Source: a virus
Length of the DNA: 64,000 nt
Strand: one strand, 5' to 3'
Virus record (IMG/VR): IMGVR_UViG_3300022220_000003
Span: 29,467 to 93,466 of that record
The notes below the pieces were generated by a model, which had not been told where the DNA came from, did no database searches, and saw only the letters and a list, made by a program, of their open reading frames with translations. The position numbers and the translations under genes were made by a program. Shown one piece after another: positions 15,980-25,340 of the stretch (positions are counted from its first letter, which is position 1; each line of letters opens with the position of its first letter).

Positions 15980-16296
15980 ACACCAAAGATCGAGATCTGA
16001 TTAGGCGATTACAAGCTTGGTTGGTAACCTCGCCACCCGAGCGAGCATTGGCAATCCCATGGAAGGACGTGGCCCGTATTCTAGCTATGTTCATAACAGA
16101 GCCAAAAAGGCCAGTATACGAGCCCGAGACCACCTCCGAGCAGCGGGCGGCCATACGAGACGTCTTGGCAAACAACCCACTATTGGACCGCGGTATGGTT
16201 GCGGTCATCAAGGATCTTGACCGGGCCGAGGCATCTCTCGGTATCGAAAATACCCCACCGTGGCAGAGTCTGGATCAGACCGAGGAAAAACCATGA
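15976..16296 (+). CDS. Hypothetical protein
   Basis: ATGA overlap; DLDRAEASL. Confidence 0.6.
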   Translation: MNTKDRDLIRRLQAWLVTSPPERALAIPWKDVARILAMFITEPKRPVYEPETTSEQRAAIRDVLANNPLLDRGMVAVIKDLDRAEASLGIENTPPWQSLDQTEEKP

Positions 16297-16330
16297 TCCC
16301 ACACCCAAAAACCATCCTTCGAGCTGAGGT

Positions 16331-16588
16331 TTGTATAGGGATAGGGCCAAGCCAGTGATCCAATACGTACTATACAAGAATCCCCTAGACTTCCCCGGCC
16401 GGTTTGTGGTGCGGCGGTGGCACATTGACGGGACGGCGCCAGGGGGATTCAGACCGGATCAACATGTGATGGCCAACTGCAAAACCTTGGAGGGTGCTCG
16501 GATGGCGATCCGCAAAGCAAGTCTGAACGCGGTGTGCATACCCCGCCACCCCACCGACGATCCCACGATCCGAGAGGTGTGGATATAA
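16331..16588 (+). CDS. Hypothetical phage protein
   Basis: YKNPLDFPGRFVVRRW...DDPTIREVWI; coupled to the next ORF. Confidence 0.6.
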   Translation: MYRDRAKPVIQYVLYKNPLDFPGRFVVRRWHIDGTAPGGFRPDQHVMANCKTLEGARMAIRKASLNAVCIPRHPTDDPTIREVWI

Positions 16589-16776
16589 TGTTAAGACGCC
16601 CACCCACCAACGTCGAGCGGCTCGAGAGCTGCAAGGCTCCCCATAATTTCCAGGCCTACACTGGCAACCCCTACCGGTGGCATTGCATCAAATGTGGCGG
16701 GAAGGTCTCGGAGGGCGAGGCGGTATGGTACGCCATGGGAGTCAAGCACGGTCGCGGCGAGGTGCACAGCAAATGA
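16588..16776 (+). CDS. Small Zn-finger protein
   Basis: C..H...CIKCG; TAATG overlap. Confidence 0.55.
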   Translation: MLRRPPTNVERLESCKAPHNFQAYTGNPYRWHCIKCGGKVSEGEAVWYAMGVKHGRGEVHSK

Positions 16777-17006
16777 ACCAGCCACAACGAGACCAGTGGG
16801 TCTATTTTGCGATCCTCGCGTTGTTAGCTGCAATCACTATAATTATTCTAGTTTTGGTGTTGCATCAGGAAAAAAGCAAGGATCGAAACCTCGAGGGGTG
16901 TTTGGAGTGGTGCTTTGCCCATGGGGCCTACGAGACCCCCGAGGAGCACCTCGATTGCACCGAGAGGTGCCAAACCAAACTGTTGGAGATCGCCCGTGAT
17001 GAGTGA
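16773..17006 (+). CDS. Single-pass membrane protein with a Cx3C-x14-Cx3C domain
   Basis: Hydrophobic N-terminus; LEGCLEWC...CTERC. Confidence 0.65.
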   Translation: MNQPQRDQWVYFAILALLAAITIIILVLVLHQEKSKDRNLEGCLEWCFAHGAYETPEEHLDCTERCQTKLLEIARDE

Positions 17007-17078
17007 CCTCAAAACCTATTGGTGGCTGGCGCTGGCCGTGGCGACCGCGATCGCAATGCCGCTGATCTTGGTGCACCG

Positions 17079-17318
17079 ATGTTAGCCAAGGTAAAAGAGT
17101 GGTGGCCGTGGGCGGTGATGACCGCGGCGGCGATCGTCCTATCCCTGGCGTTTTGGTATTTCGACAGGATCTGGCTGGCCCACCAAGACGAGCTCGAGGG
17201 GTGTCGCCACTGGTGTCATTCCCACCGAGACTACGACACCCCCGATAAATACGTGGGGTGTGTGCGAAAATGCAAGGAGGCTATCAATGGCTCACAAAGT
17301 ACACCTCCACCACAATGA
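17079..17318 (+). CDS. Paralogous membrane protein with a Cx3C-x14-Cx3C domain
   Basis: LEGCRHWC...CVRKC. Confidence 0.65.
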   Translation: MLAKVKEWWPWAVMTAAAIVLSLAFWYFDRIWLAHQDELEGCRHWCHSHRDYDTPDKYVGCVRKCKEAINGSQSTPPPQ

Positions 17319-17523
17319 CGGGGCAGCATGTGGGGCGATTTCGCTCAACACACATTGGCCCCGGACCGTGGGCCGGGTAGTATGGCCCGCGGTGGTCAAG
17401 GAATACAAGTGCAAAGCGTGCGATCGGTTGTATCGTCTGGACAAGTTGGGGACAACTCAGGCCGATAATAGACCAGACCCGCACCCACTAACGGTTTGCC
17501 TAGATCGCGAGTTATCCACATGA
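17287..17523 (+). CDS. Hypothetical protein
   Basis: AAGGAGG RBS; H..ACG..CKAC. Confidence 0.55.
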   Translation: MAHKVHLHHNDGAACGAISLNTHWPRTVGRVVWPAVVKEYKCKACDRLYRLDKLGTTQADNRPDPHPLTVCLDRELST

Positions 17524-19310
17524 TCCACGTATCGCCGAGCCAACTGGCCACGTTTAGGGATTGCAAGCGCAAGTGGGCCTACGGGTACATTGACGGGATC
17601 AAGCTCCCGCCGAAAAAAGAGCAGGCCTTTGGCCTCGAAGGCCACAAACGCAACGAAATTTACCTCCGCCGAGCTAAGTTTGTGGGCGAGGACGATGTGG
17701 GCAAGGTATGCCAACAGGGAATCAAGCCCGGGTATATGCCCACACCAGCCCCGGACCTTTTGATTGAGGCCAAGCTTAAAATCCCGATCCTCAATAACCA
17801 AGCCAACATGATCGGGTATATCGATTGCGTGTTGCCACCGAGACAAGCGGGCGCCACCTCCACCTTGGCCGTGGTACACGATTGGAAGTTTACCAAGGAT
17901 CTTCGGTGGGCCATGACCCCCGCCGAGCTCTACAAGGACGATCAAGCGGCGGTCTATTCGTATTGGGCGCACAAAAAATACAATGCCCGCAAGGTGGTGG
18001 TGCGGTGGGTCTATTTTTGCGGCCGGATCAACGCCAAGTCTGAGGACGGCCGGCCCCGTACACCGCGGGGTGTCAAAAAGGTGGAGCTCACGTTTACCGC
18101 GGCCGAGATTGAGGCCAATTGGCAACGCGAGCTCGAGGTGGCCAAGCAAATCCTCGAGGTCAGAAACACCTACAAAAAGGCCGATGAGGTGCCCGGTAAC
18201 GAGCTCGTCTGTGATAAATACGGCGGGTGCGGGCACCGAGAGCGCTGCCCCCTAGGCAACGAGGTGAGCCTCGAAGGCCTGTTTAACCAGTGGGATCGAA
18301 CCCACACCCCTGAAAATTCGGAGGTAGAAAAAATGAGTCAAGAGGATGTGATGGCCAAGCTAAAGGCCCATACCGCAAGCCTACGCCAGCAACAACAGAC
18401 CGCCACCGAGACCGCGGCGGCCGAGACCGCGGGGCCGGCCCCCGAGGTTGCCCCAGCGGCCGAGGAGGCCCCGCCGGTGGCAAGTGAAGAAGAAGAAGGC
18501 ATCAAAAATTCGCCACCCCCGGCGGAGCCTCCCCCACAGAATACAGGGATCGAGCACGTGGCGCAGCTCCAAAAACAATCGGGTCAGGTCGACCCCGATC
18601 CCCCACCGGCGGAGCCGGCGGCCGAACAACAACCGGCCGAGGGCCCAAACCTATTGGCCTCCCTTCAAGCCCAAACCGGGGCCACCGGTATCAATCCTCC
18701 CGAGGCGGCCAAGGTGGTGGTGCCCAAGGCGGAGGTGGCCCTCGCCCCCACCGAGATCATCGAGCAACCCCCCGCCACCGAATTGGCCAAGATACCCCCC
18801 GCGGTCACCAAGGAAGACCTGGAAAAGCTCACCAACGGGGCACCGGAGGAGGTGACACAACTATTGTGTGCGGGATCAAAACTTGAGGAGGTCACCAAGG
18901 CCCCACCTGCGGTGATGGGTGAGGAGGCCAAGCCCGCCAAGGATAAGAAGTCCAAGACCACCAAACCCAAGGCGGTCAAGGTGCCATTTGTGGTCTGTAT
19001 CGATGCGGTGCCCTCCAAGCTCACCAACGGGGCCCTCGGGGAGGTGATCCACCTATCCGAGTTTGTGGAGCCGTTCACCAAGGCGATCGCGAAGGGCCAC
19101 CGCTGTGATGAGCACCCGCAAGGGGTGGACCATTGGAACCTGATTGAATTCAACAAGGGGATCTCGATCCTTGCCCACCACGTTGGATCCCACCTCGACA
19201 ACAAAGGGTTTTCGGGGGTGCTCGTGGTGGATTCCTACACCGCCGAGGGCCGGGCCCTCACCGATGTTCTGATCCGGCGGGCCGACGCCGTGTTTAGGGG
19301 GGTGCGATGA
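17520..19310 (+). CDS. PD-(D/E)xK (RecB/Cas4-like) exonuclease with a long Pro/Ala/Glu linker and C-terminal domain
   Basis: SPSQL...C; E...GYID...DWK; Q...Y; C-x5-C-x5-C. Confidence 0.85.
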   Translation: MIHVSPSQLATFRDCKRKWAYGYIDGIKLPPKKEQAFGLEGHKRNEIYLRRAKFVGEDDVGKVCQQGIKPGYMPTPAPDLLIEAKLKIPILNNQANMIGYIDCVLPPRQAGATSTLAVVHDWKFTKDLRWAMTPAELYKDDQAAVYSYWAHKKYNARKVVVRWVYFCGRINAKSEDGRPRTPRGVKKVELTFTAAEIEANWQRELEVAKQILEVRNTYKKADEVPGNELVCDKYGGCGHRERCPLGNEVSLEGLFNQWDRTHTPENSEVEKMSQEDVMAKLKAHTASLRQQQQTATETAAAETAGPAPEVAPAAEEAPPVASEEEEGIKNSPPPAEPPPQNTGIEHVAQLQKQSGQVDPDPPPAEPAAEQQPAEGPNLLASLQAQTGATGINPPEAAKVVVPKAEVALAPTEIIEQPPATELAKIPPAVTKEDLEKLTNGAPEEVTQLLCAGSKLEEVTKAPPAVMGEEAKPAKDKKSKTTKPKAVKVPFVVCIDAVPSKLTNGALGEVIHLSEFVEPFTKAIAKGHRCDEHPQGVDHWNLIEFNKGISILAHHVGSHLDNKGFSGVLVVDSYTAEGRALTDVLIRRADAVFRGVR

Positions 19311-19394
19311 ATTGGGCGAATATGGGGCGAGAATTGATCGCAAGCCTGCAATCAATTGAGCGGGCGATCCGCGAATTGACGGCCGAGGTGCGCA

Positions 19395-21113
19395 ATGGGC
19401 GAGGCCTTCAACAAAGCATTGGGACTCCTTGGAGTGGACAGGGTGATCCCACAATCAACCCTCGGGCGCCTTTTGCGGGAGTCGGGACCGCAGAAAACAA
19501 CCGAGTTCCGGCGGATCCACAACCTACCGCGGCGGGAGTGGGAGACCGATCCGACGGTCGCGGAGCTAACACGGTTGTTGACGATCCACCTAAGGACCGC
19601 CAATGGAAGCATGGAATTGTGGGCCATACAAGCGGCCGGTTTGCGTGAGATCTACGAGGTGGGGGGCCTATTTGGCCCCATGGCTGTATCGGCCGGCAAA
19701 ACCCTGATCACGCTATTAGCCCCGGTGTTGCTCGAGGCCGAGCGCCCCCTGCTCGTGGTGCCCGCGGCCTTGCGCGAACAGACGAACCGGTTTGTGATCC
19801 CCGCCATGGCCGAGCATTGGCGGTTGCACCCAAGCCTGACGATCGTTGGTTATACCGAGCTATCCTTGGAGAAAAACGCCATGTTTCTCGTGAAACACCG
19901 GCCGGATCTCATCATTGCTGACGAGTGCCACCGCCTCAAAAACAAGCAGGCGGGCCGTACCAAGCGGTTTATCCGGTACATGCGGGAATACCCCGAGACC
20001 CGGTTCGTTGCCCTCTCGGGTACGGTAACCAACCGATCGATCAAAGACTACGCCCACATATTGCGGTGGTGCCTCGGTGAGCGCACCCCCTTGCCCGAGT
20101 CATGGCGGGAGCTCTCACAATGGGCCGATGCCCTAGACGTGCTCAAACCCGGGGAGGAACCGAGCCCGGCGGGAGCTCTCGAGGCGTGGGCGGTGGAGGG
20201 CAACGTACGCCACGGTTATCGGGATCGGTTGGTCCAGACCCCCGGGGTGATCGCCACCAAGGAGGGCGAGCTCGGGGTTAGCCTGCAAATCCTCAACCGG
20301 CGGCCGGCGGTGCCCGATCACGTGGCCGGGTTAATCAACACCATGCGCAACAAATGGGTGACGCCCTACGGGGAGGAGATCACCGAGGCGGTGGAGCTCT
20401 GGCGCCACGTGCGAGAGCTCGCGTGTGGATTCTACTATAGGTGGGAGCCACCGCCCCCGATCGAGTGGCTCTTGGCCCGCAAGGGGTGGAAAACCTACGT
20501 TCGCAACACCCTCCTACACAACCGCCGAAACCTAGACACCGAATTGCAGGTTTGGAACGAGGCGGCCGGGGCCAAGCGTCCCCCCGAGGAGTGGGTTAAG
20601 TGGGAGGCTATCAAGCATACCTACGAGCCCAACACCGTGGCCGAGTGGGTGAGCGATTACGCCATTGCAGACGCAACCGAGTGGTTCGAGGAGGTGGGCG
20701 GGATCGTTTGGACCGAGCACCGGGTTTTTGGGACCGAGCTCGCCATGGTCTCGGGGTATCCCTACTTCGGAGCCGGCCCAAAGGCCAACGTGGGGATCCT
20801 CGAGCACAAGGGCCCGTGCATAGCCTCGATCCGGGCCCATTCCGAGGGAAAAAACTTGCAACACCACCACCATGCCAATTTAATAGTCGCACCACCGAGC
20901 TCTGGAAAGACGTGGGAACAGCTCCTCGGCCGTACCCACCGCCATGGCCAACAGGCTGAGGAGGTGACCGCCGAGGTATATACCCAAGTGCCCGAGCTCG
21001 TGGCTAGTTTTCGCCAAGCCGTGCGGGATGCTCGGTATCTCGAGCACACCCTCGGCAGCCGACAAAAATTACTATACGCGGACATTGCGTTTGACTACTC
21101 GGGGGCCATATGA
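19395..21113 (+). CDS. SF2 (SNF2-like) helicase
   Basis: SAGKT, IIADECH, ALSGT, QLLGRTHRHGQ. Confidence 0.9.
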   Translation: MGEAFNKALGLLGVDRVIPQSTLGRLLRESGPQKTTEFRRIHNLPRREWETDPTVAELTRLLTIHLRTANGSMELWAIQAAGLREIYEVGGLFGPMAVSAGKTLITLLAPVLLEAERPLLVVPAALREQTNRFVIPAMAEHWRLHPSLTIVGYTELSLEKNAMFLVKHRPDLIIADECHRLKNKQAGRTKRFIRYMREYPETRFVALSGTVTNRSIKDYAHILRWCLGERTPLPESWRELSQWADALDVLKPGEEPSPAGALEAWAVEGNVRHGYRDRLVQTPGVIATKEGELGVSLQILNRRPAVPDHVAGLINTMRNKWVTPYGEEITEAVELWRHVRELACGFYYRWEPPPPIEWLLARKGWKTYVRNTLLHNRRNLDTELQVWNEAAGAKRPPEEWVKWEAIKHTYEPNTVAEWVSDYAIADATEWFEEVGGIVWTEHRVFGTELAMVSGYPYFGAGPKANVGILEHKGPCIASIRAHSEGKNLQHHHHANLIVAPPSSGKTWEQLLGRTHRHGQQAEEVTAEVYTQVPELVASFRQAVRDARYLEHTLGSRQKLLYADIAFDYSGAI

Positions 21114-21379
21114 CGGGTTTTGACAGCCACTGTTTAGATTGTGATAAACGGATCAAAGATGATTACGAACGCTGTTTTGACTGTGCACAGGAGTACCGCA
21201 ACGAGCCATTGAGAATAGAGGGCAAGCTATCCACGGAAACGGCCAAGGGACTCGGAGGAATCCTCGAGGGGTACGAGGACCGGATCAATTGGTTTCCCAA
21301 ATCGGTGGTGACTTACGAGGATGGGGCGTTTTGGGTTCCGAGGTGGCTCGCCGAGGAAAAAGGAATCGTCGCAATCTAG
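21110..21379 (+). CDS. Hypothetical protein
   Basis: CxxC pairs; WFPKS...VPRWLAEEKG. Confidence 0.6.
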   Translation: MTGFDSHCLDCDKRIKDDYERCFDCAQEYRNEPLRIEGKLSTETAKGLGGILEGYEDRINWFPKSVVTYEDGAFWVPRWLAEEKGIVAI

Positions 21380-21414
21380 CAACAGGCAACAGACAACAGA
21401 CAACAGACAACAGG
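21380..21414 (+). repeat. 5 x 7 bp CAACAGR repeat in the leader of the putative SSB gene
   Basis: Direct reading; runs into the AGGAG RBS. Confidence 0.85.
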
Positions 21415-21424
21415 AGCCTAGGCC

Positions 21425-21907
21425 ATGTCAGATTTCGATGGAATTGAGGACGCCGAATCAACCCGGCGATCTAACTACGTTTTACCGGGGCAATACCCGG
21501 TCCTATTTGTCAACGCCCTCAAAAAGATCCGCTCTCAAAAAACCGGGGATACCTTGTTTATCGCCGAGTTCGATATCCTCGAGAGCAAGGTGGATGAGCG
21601 CCCTCCGGGTATGGATATGTCATCAATATTCAATATATCCAAACACGGCAAAACCGCGCTCGGTAATATCAAGGGTTTGATCGCGGCGTGCCTCGATATT
21701 GAGGAGGCCAAGGTGGACTCGAAAACCGCGGATCTCGCGGTGAGCATTGAGAATCCGTTTCACGGTCGGTTGGTCCGATGTGAAGCGGTGGAGGTGACCA
21801 CCACCGCGGGGGCCCCGTTTACCAAGCCGAATTTTTACCCATTGCCCGAGGGGCTCCAAAGCCAATCTCTCGAGCTGCACGAAAAAGCCGGATTTGCGCC
21901 CTTTTAA
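21425..21907 (+). CDS. Probable single-stranded DNA-binding protein
   Basis: Position between helicase and polymerase; beta-rich; ends in PF. Confidence 0.5.
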   Translation: MSDFDGIEDAESTRRSNYVLPGQYPVLFVNALKKIRSQKTGDTLFIAEFDILESKVDERPPGMDMSSIFNISKHGKTALGNIKGLIAACLDIEEAKVDSKTADLAVSIENPFHGRLVRCEAVEVTTTAGAPFTKPNFYPLPEGLQSQSLELHEKAGFAPF

Positions 21908-21945
21908 ATAAGGGTCCTGCACCGGCCCCCCAATTCAACAGGGCA

Positions 21946-23883
21946 ATGGTGTGCGGGGGGCCGGTGTTTGGCTTGGAGGGCCCGCGAGTGGTTGGGATTG
22001 CTTTTGATCTCGAAACTGAGAAGTTTCGGCCGGGCCTAATGGCTCCGCCACCGGTGTGCCTATCGTACGCCCACGAGTCGACCAAAGGTCTCAAGGTGGG
22101 CGGCGATATCGCCACCTATGCGGCCTCGATTTTCCAATACGCTCTCGAAGGCCATGCTTACATTGTGGGCCACAGTGTTGCGTTTGATATGGCTGTTTTG
22201 CTGGCCCACCGGCCCGAGCTCGCCGATCTGATCTGGCTGCTCTATACAACCGGGCGGGTGCGGTGCACCCGGGTGCGGGAAAAGTTGCTCGATATTGCTG
22301 AGGGGACCCACGGCGGCGAGTGGGATGCCAAGGGCGAGAAAAAGATCAAGAAGACCTATGATCTCGCCGATATCGTGGCACGCAAGTTTGGCCGCAAGCG
22401 CGACAAGAAGACTTGGCGGACGGGTTACGCCGAGCTGCTCGAGACGCCTCTCGATCAATGGCCGCAAGGCGCCATCGATTACGCGGTGGACGACGCAACC
22501 GACACCCTCGAGCTCTATAACCACCAAGAGGATCGGGCGTACAACATGCGCTATCTGCTGCCTGATCAAGACAGCCAAACGCGGGCTGATCTCGGATTGC
22601 GCCTAATGTCGGTGTGGGGTGTGCGGACCGATGGCGCAAGCGTCGAGGCCCTCAAGGCGGCCACCGATAAACGATTCGAGGAGCTCAAGTTTGAGCTTCA
22701 AGCGGCGGGGTTGGTTCGCACTAAGCGGACCCCCAAGGGTAAAGAATCCAAAAATTTAGCCCAGACCCGGGAGCTTGTGGAGCGATCGTTTTCAGGGCCA
22801 ACGGTGCCAAGGACCGATAAAGGGGCGATCAAAACCGATGCGGACACCCTCGAGCTCTGTAATGATCCATTGGCCTCGGTGTTGCATGAATACGTGGGCC
22901 TCGAAAAATCGGCCGGGGCCTTTGTCAACAAGCTGCGGGAGGGGGCCGAGCTCCCGATCCATCCCTCGTTTAACGTGCTAGTCAACTCGGGGCGGACCTC
23001 GAGCTCTAGCCCCAACATTCAACAGCAACCACGGGTGCCCGGGGTGCGGGAGTGTTTCACACCGAGGCCCGGGTGGTTGTATCTCGCATGTGATTACGAC
23101 AGCCAAGAGCTCCGAGCGTGGGCCCAAGTGTGCCTCGATCTCGTTGGTCAAAGCACCCTCGCCGAAAAATACCAGGCCGATCCGGACTTCGATCCACACC
23201 TCGATTTTGCCGCGAGCAAAATGTTGGGGATCTCATACGAGGAGGCCCAAGTCCGCAAAAGGGCGGGCGATAAGGTCGTTAAAGAGTATAGACAACAGGC
23301 CAAACCCGCGAATTTTGGGTTTCCTGTCGGCATGAGTTACAAAACCTTTCGCACGTATGTGCGAGGTTACGGCCTCAAGATATCGGAGGATGAGGCCGAG
23401 GAGCGGCGTAGCCAATGGTACGCCCAATGGCCCGAGAGCCAAAAATACTTCGAGGAGATCAATCGCCAAGTGGGCCAGGCCGGGGAGGGTGATATTATCC
23501 AGCTCCGATCCGGCCGCAAGCGGGGCTTTTGCCGCTACACGGTGGCGGCCAATACCTATTTCCAAGGCCTCGCGGCTGACGCCTCCAAGCTCGCCCTGTG
23601 GTGGGTGACGCGGGCGTGTCACATCGATCAGAGCTCACCGTTGTACGGTTGCAGGCCGGTGATCTTTTTGCACGATGAGATCATAATGGAGGCCCCCGAG
23701 GCCTACGCCCACCTAGCAGCCCCCGAGCTCGAGCGGCTCATGGTCAAGGCCATGCAATTGTATGTGCCTGATGTGCCCTGCCGTGCCACCGCGGCATTGA
23801 TGCGGCGGTGGGCCAAGGGGGCCGAGCCCGCCTATATTGATGGCAAGTTGGTGCCGTTTGAGGACGTGAGGACCGCGGCATGA
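21946..23883 (+). CDS. Family A DNA polymerase with 3'-5' exonuclease (start may be GTG 21988)
   Basis: FDLETE, AFD, YAVDD; SGRTSS..PNIQQ; motif A DYDSQELR, motif B RQQAKPANFG, motif C HDE. Confidence 0.95.
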   Translation: MVCGGPVFGLEGPRVVGIAFDLETEKFRPGLMAPPPVCLSYAHESTKGLKVGGDIATYAASIFQYALEGHAYIVGHSVAFDMAVLLAHRPELADLIWLLYTTGRVRCTRVREKLLDIAEGTHGGEWDAKGEKKIKKTYDLADIVARKFGRKRDKKTWRTGYAELLETPLDQWPQGAIDYAVDDATDTLELYNHQEDRAYNMRYLLPDQDSQTRADLGLRLMSVWGVRTDGASVEALKAATDKRFEELKFELQAAGLVRTKRTPKGKESKNLAQTRELVERSFSGPTVPRTDKGAIKTDADTLELCNDPLASVLHEYVGLEKSAGAFVNKLREGAELPIHPSFNVLVNSGRTSSSSPNIQQQPRVPGVRECFTPRPGWLYLACDYDSQELRAWAQVCLDLVGQSTLAEKYQADPDFDPHLDFAASKMLGISYEEAQVRKRAGDKVVKEYRQQAKPANFGFPVGMSYKTFRTYVRGYGLKISEDEAEERRSQWYAQWPESQKYFEEINRQVGQAGEGDIIQLRSGRKRGFCRYTVAANTYFQGLAADASKLALWWVTRACHIDQSSPLYGCRPVIFLHDEIIMEAPEAYAHLAAPELERLMVKAMQLYVPDVPCRATAALMRRWAKGAEPAYIDGKLVPFEDVRTAA

Positions 23884-24323
23884 TGGTGGCGATCGACCCC
23901 GGCAAACACGCCAGCGGGTGGGCGGTGTTTTCGCGGCGGCGGTTGTGGGCTTGTGGGTTTGGCAATGATCACCACGCGATCCTCGAGGCCGCGGTGGGCC
24001 GGGTGGATCTCGTGGTGCTCGAAGTGCCTAGGGTTTATGACCGGCGGCGGTGGAAAGGTGACCCCAACGATCTGATCGATATCTCGATCGCGGGTGGAAT
24101 TTTGGCCGGGGCCTTGCGGGCCGAGCAGGTCAAGCCGATCCGGCCCCAAGACTGGAAAGGGCAGACCCCCAAGGCGGTGCAGACCGAGCGGACCGTTGCC
24201 AAGCTCACCAAGGCCGAGCTCGAAAAGCTCGAGGGGGTGACCACAAAAAGCAAGCTACACAACGTGATTGACGCGGTGGGGATCGGCTTGTGGGAGCTGA
24301 AACGATGCCAAAACGCGAGGTAA
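23880..24323 (+). CDS. RuvC-like Holliday junction resolvase
   Basis: VAIDPG, VVLE, P..WK, HN..DA.GIG. Confidence 0.8.
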   Translation: MMVAIDPGKHASGWAVFSRRRLWACGFGNDHHAILEAAVGRVDLVVLEVPRVYDRRRWKGDPNDLIDISIAGGILAGALRAEQVKPIRPQDWKGQTPKAVQTERTVAKLTKAELEKLEGVTTKSKLHNVIDAVGIGLWELKRCQNAR

Positions 24324-24535
24324 AAGCGTTCGATCAGCAGAATTACGAGGACTTGATCGTCTTGCTCCAAGAGGTGCAGCTCTCGATTGATGCAATCGCG
24401 GATCGGTATGAGATATCCCAACGGACGGCGTATCGGTGGCTAAGATACGCGAAATCTGACGGGTGGGACGTGATTAAACGGGGTTGTAACCCAACCCGCT
24501 ACCAATTGGCGGTGCCAACATGTCAAGCAGTCTAG
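24305..24535 (+). CDS. Winged-HTH DNA-binding protein
   Basis: SIDAIADRYEISQRTAYRWL. Confidence 0.75.
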   Translation: MPKREVKAFDQQNYEDLIVLLQEVQLSIDAIADRYEISQRTAYRWLRYAKSDGWDVIKRGCNPTRYQLAVPTCQAV

Positions 24536-25146
24536 CAGTGGCCGAGCAGGCCGAGGTGATTCAAGCGGCGGGGCCTCAGACCAAAGACGCGGAGGCGAGC
24601 CTCGATTTTATCAAGCGGCTCGAAATAACCACCGGGGCCGATTTCGCGGGCGCGGTGCGTATGGCGGCCCAAGTCAAAACCAAGTTTGGTGAGGTGGACG
24701 CGAAGCGCAAAGAGTACACCTCCAAGCTCGCCGAGATCGTGGACCAATTCAACGGCGAATTCAAACCGGGGCTCGAGGCCCTCAAGGAGGCCGAGAAAAC
24801 CCTCAAGGATAAGCTTGCGGGGTTTGCCAAGGCCCAAGCCTATACGCGGGCCCAAATGCTTCGCAAGGCCTCGGAGGCGGCGGAGGCCGGGAAGCAAGCC
24901 AAAGCAGACGCCATGATCGCCGAGGCGGCCGGGTACGGGGTGCCCGAGGTCAAAGGGTGCTCGATCCGGGACGTGTGGACCGGTGAGGTGGTGGACGCCG
25001 AGGCGATCCCCCGCGAGTATTTGATCGCCGATGAGAAGGCCCTCAAGGCGGTTACCAAGGCGAGAAAATGCGACCCACAGATCCCCGGGTGGCGGGCTTA
25101 TCCTCAACCCTCGGTGACGATCACGGTGTCACGGGTGCGGGTATGA
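24520..25146 (+). CDS. Coiled-coil phage protein (Gam/Gp157-like)
   Basis: Long helix then VD...IP.EYL..DEKAL...IPG. Confidence 0.55.
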   Translation: MSSSLAVAEQAEVIQAAGPQTKDAEASLDFIKRLEITTGADFAGAVRMAAQVKTKFGEVDAKRKEYTSKLAEIVDQFNGEFKPGLEALKEAEKTLKDKLAGFAKAQAYTRAQMLRKASEAAEAGKQAKADAMIAEAAGYGVPEVKGCSIRDVWTGEVVDAEAIPREYLIADEKALKAVTKARKCDPQIPGWRAYPQPSVTITVSRVRV

Positions 25147-25340
25147 TCGTTGAGGTGGACGCGGATAGGTTAGAGGTTGCAGGAAAAGAGGCCCGCAAGG
25201 CCCTCGCGGCCCTACGGTCCCAAGGCCACCCCGATGGGTGCTCGTGTAAACTTTGCACTGCGGGGCGTTATCTCGACTCGGCCTATAGGCGACTTGAGGT
25301 GAGCCTCAAGGATTCGAGCAACGGGCATGTCAGAGGATAG
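25143..25340 (+). CDS. Hypothetical protein
   Basis: ATGA overlap; H...CSCKLC. Confidence 0.5.
   Translation: MIVEVDADRLEVAGKEARKALAALRSQGHPDGCSCKLCTAGRYLDSAYRRLEVSLKDSSNGHVRG

Noticed and set aside
17520-18300. Cas4 as part of a CRISPR system
   Set aside because: Sits among replication genes without cas1/cas2; typical phage exonuclease
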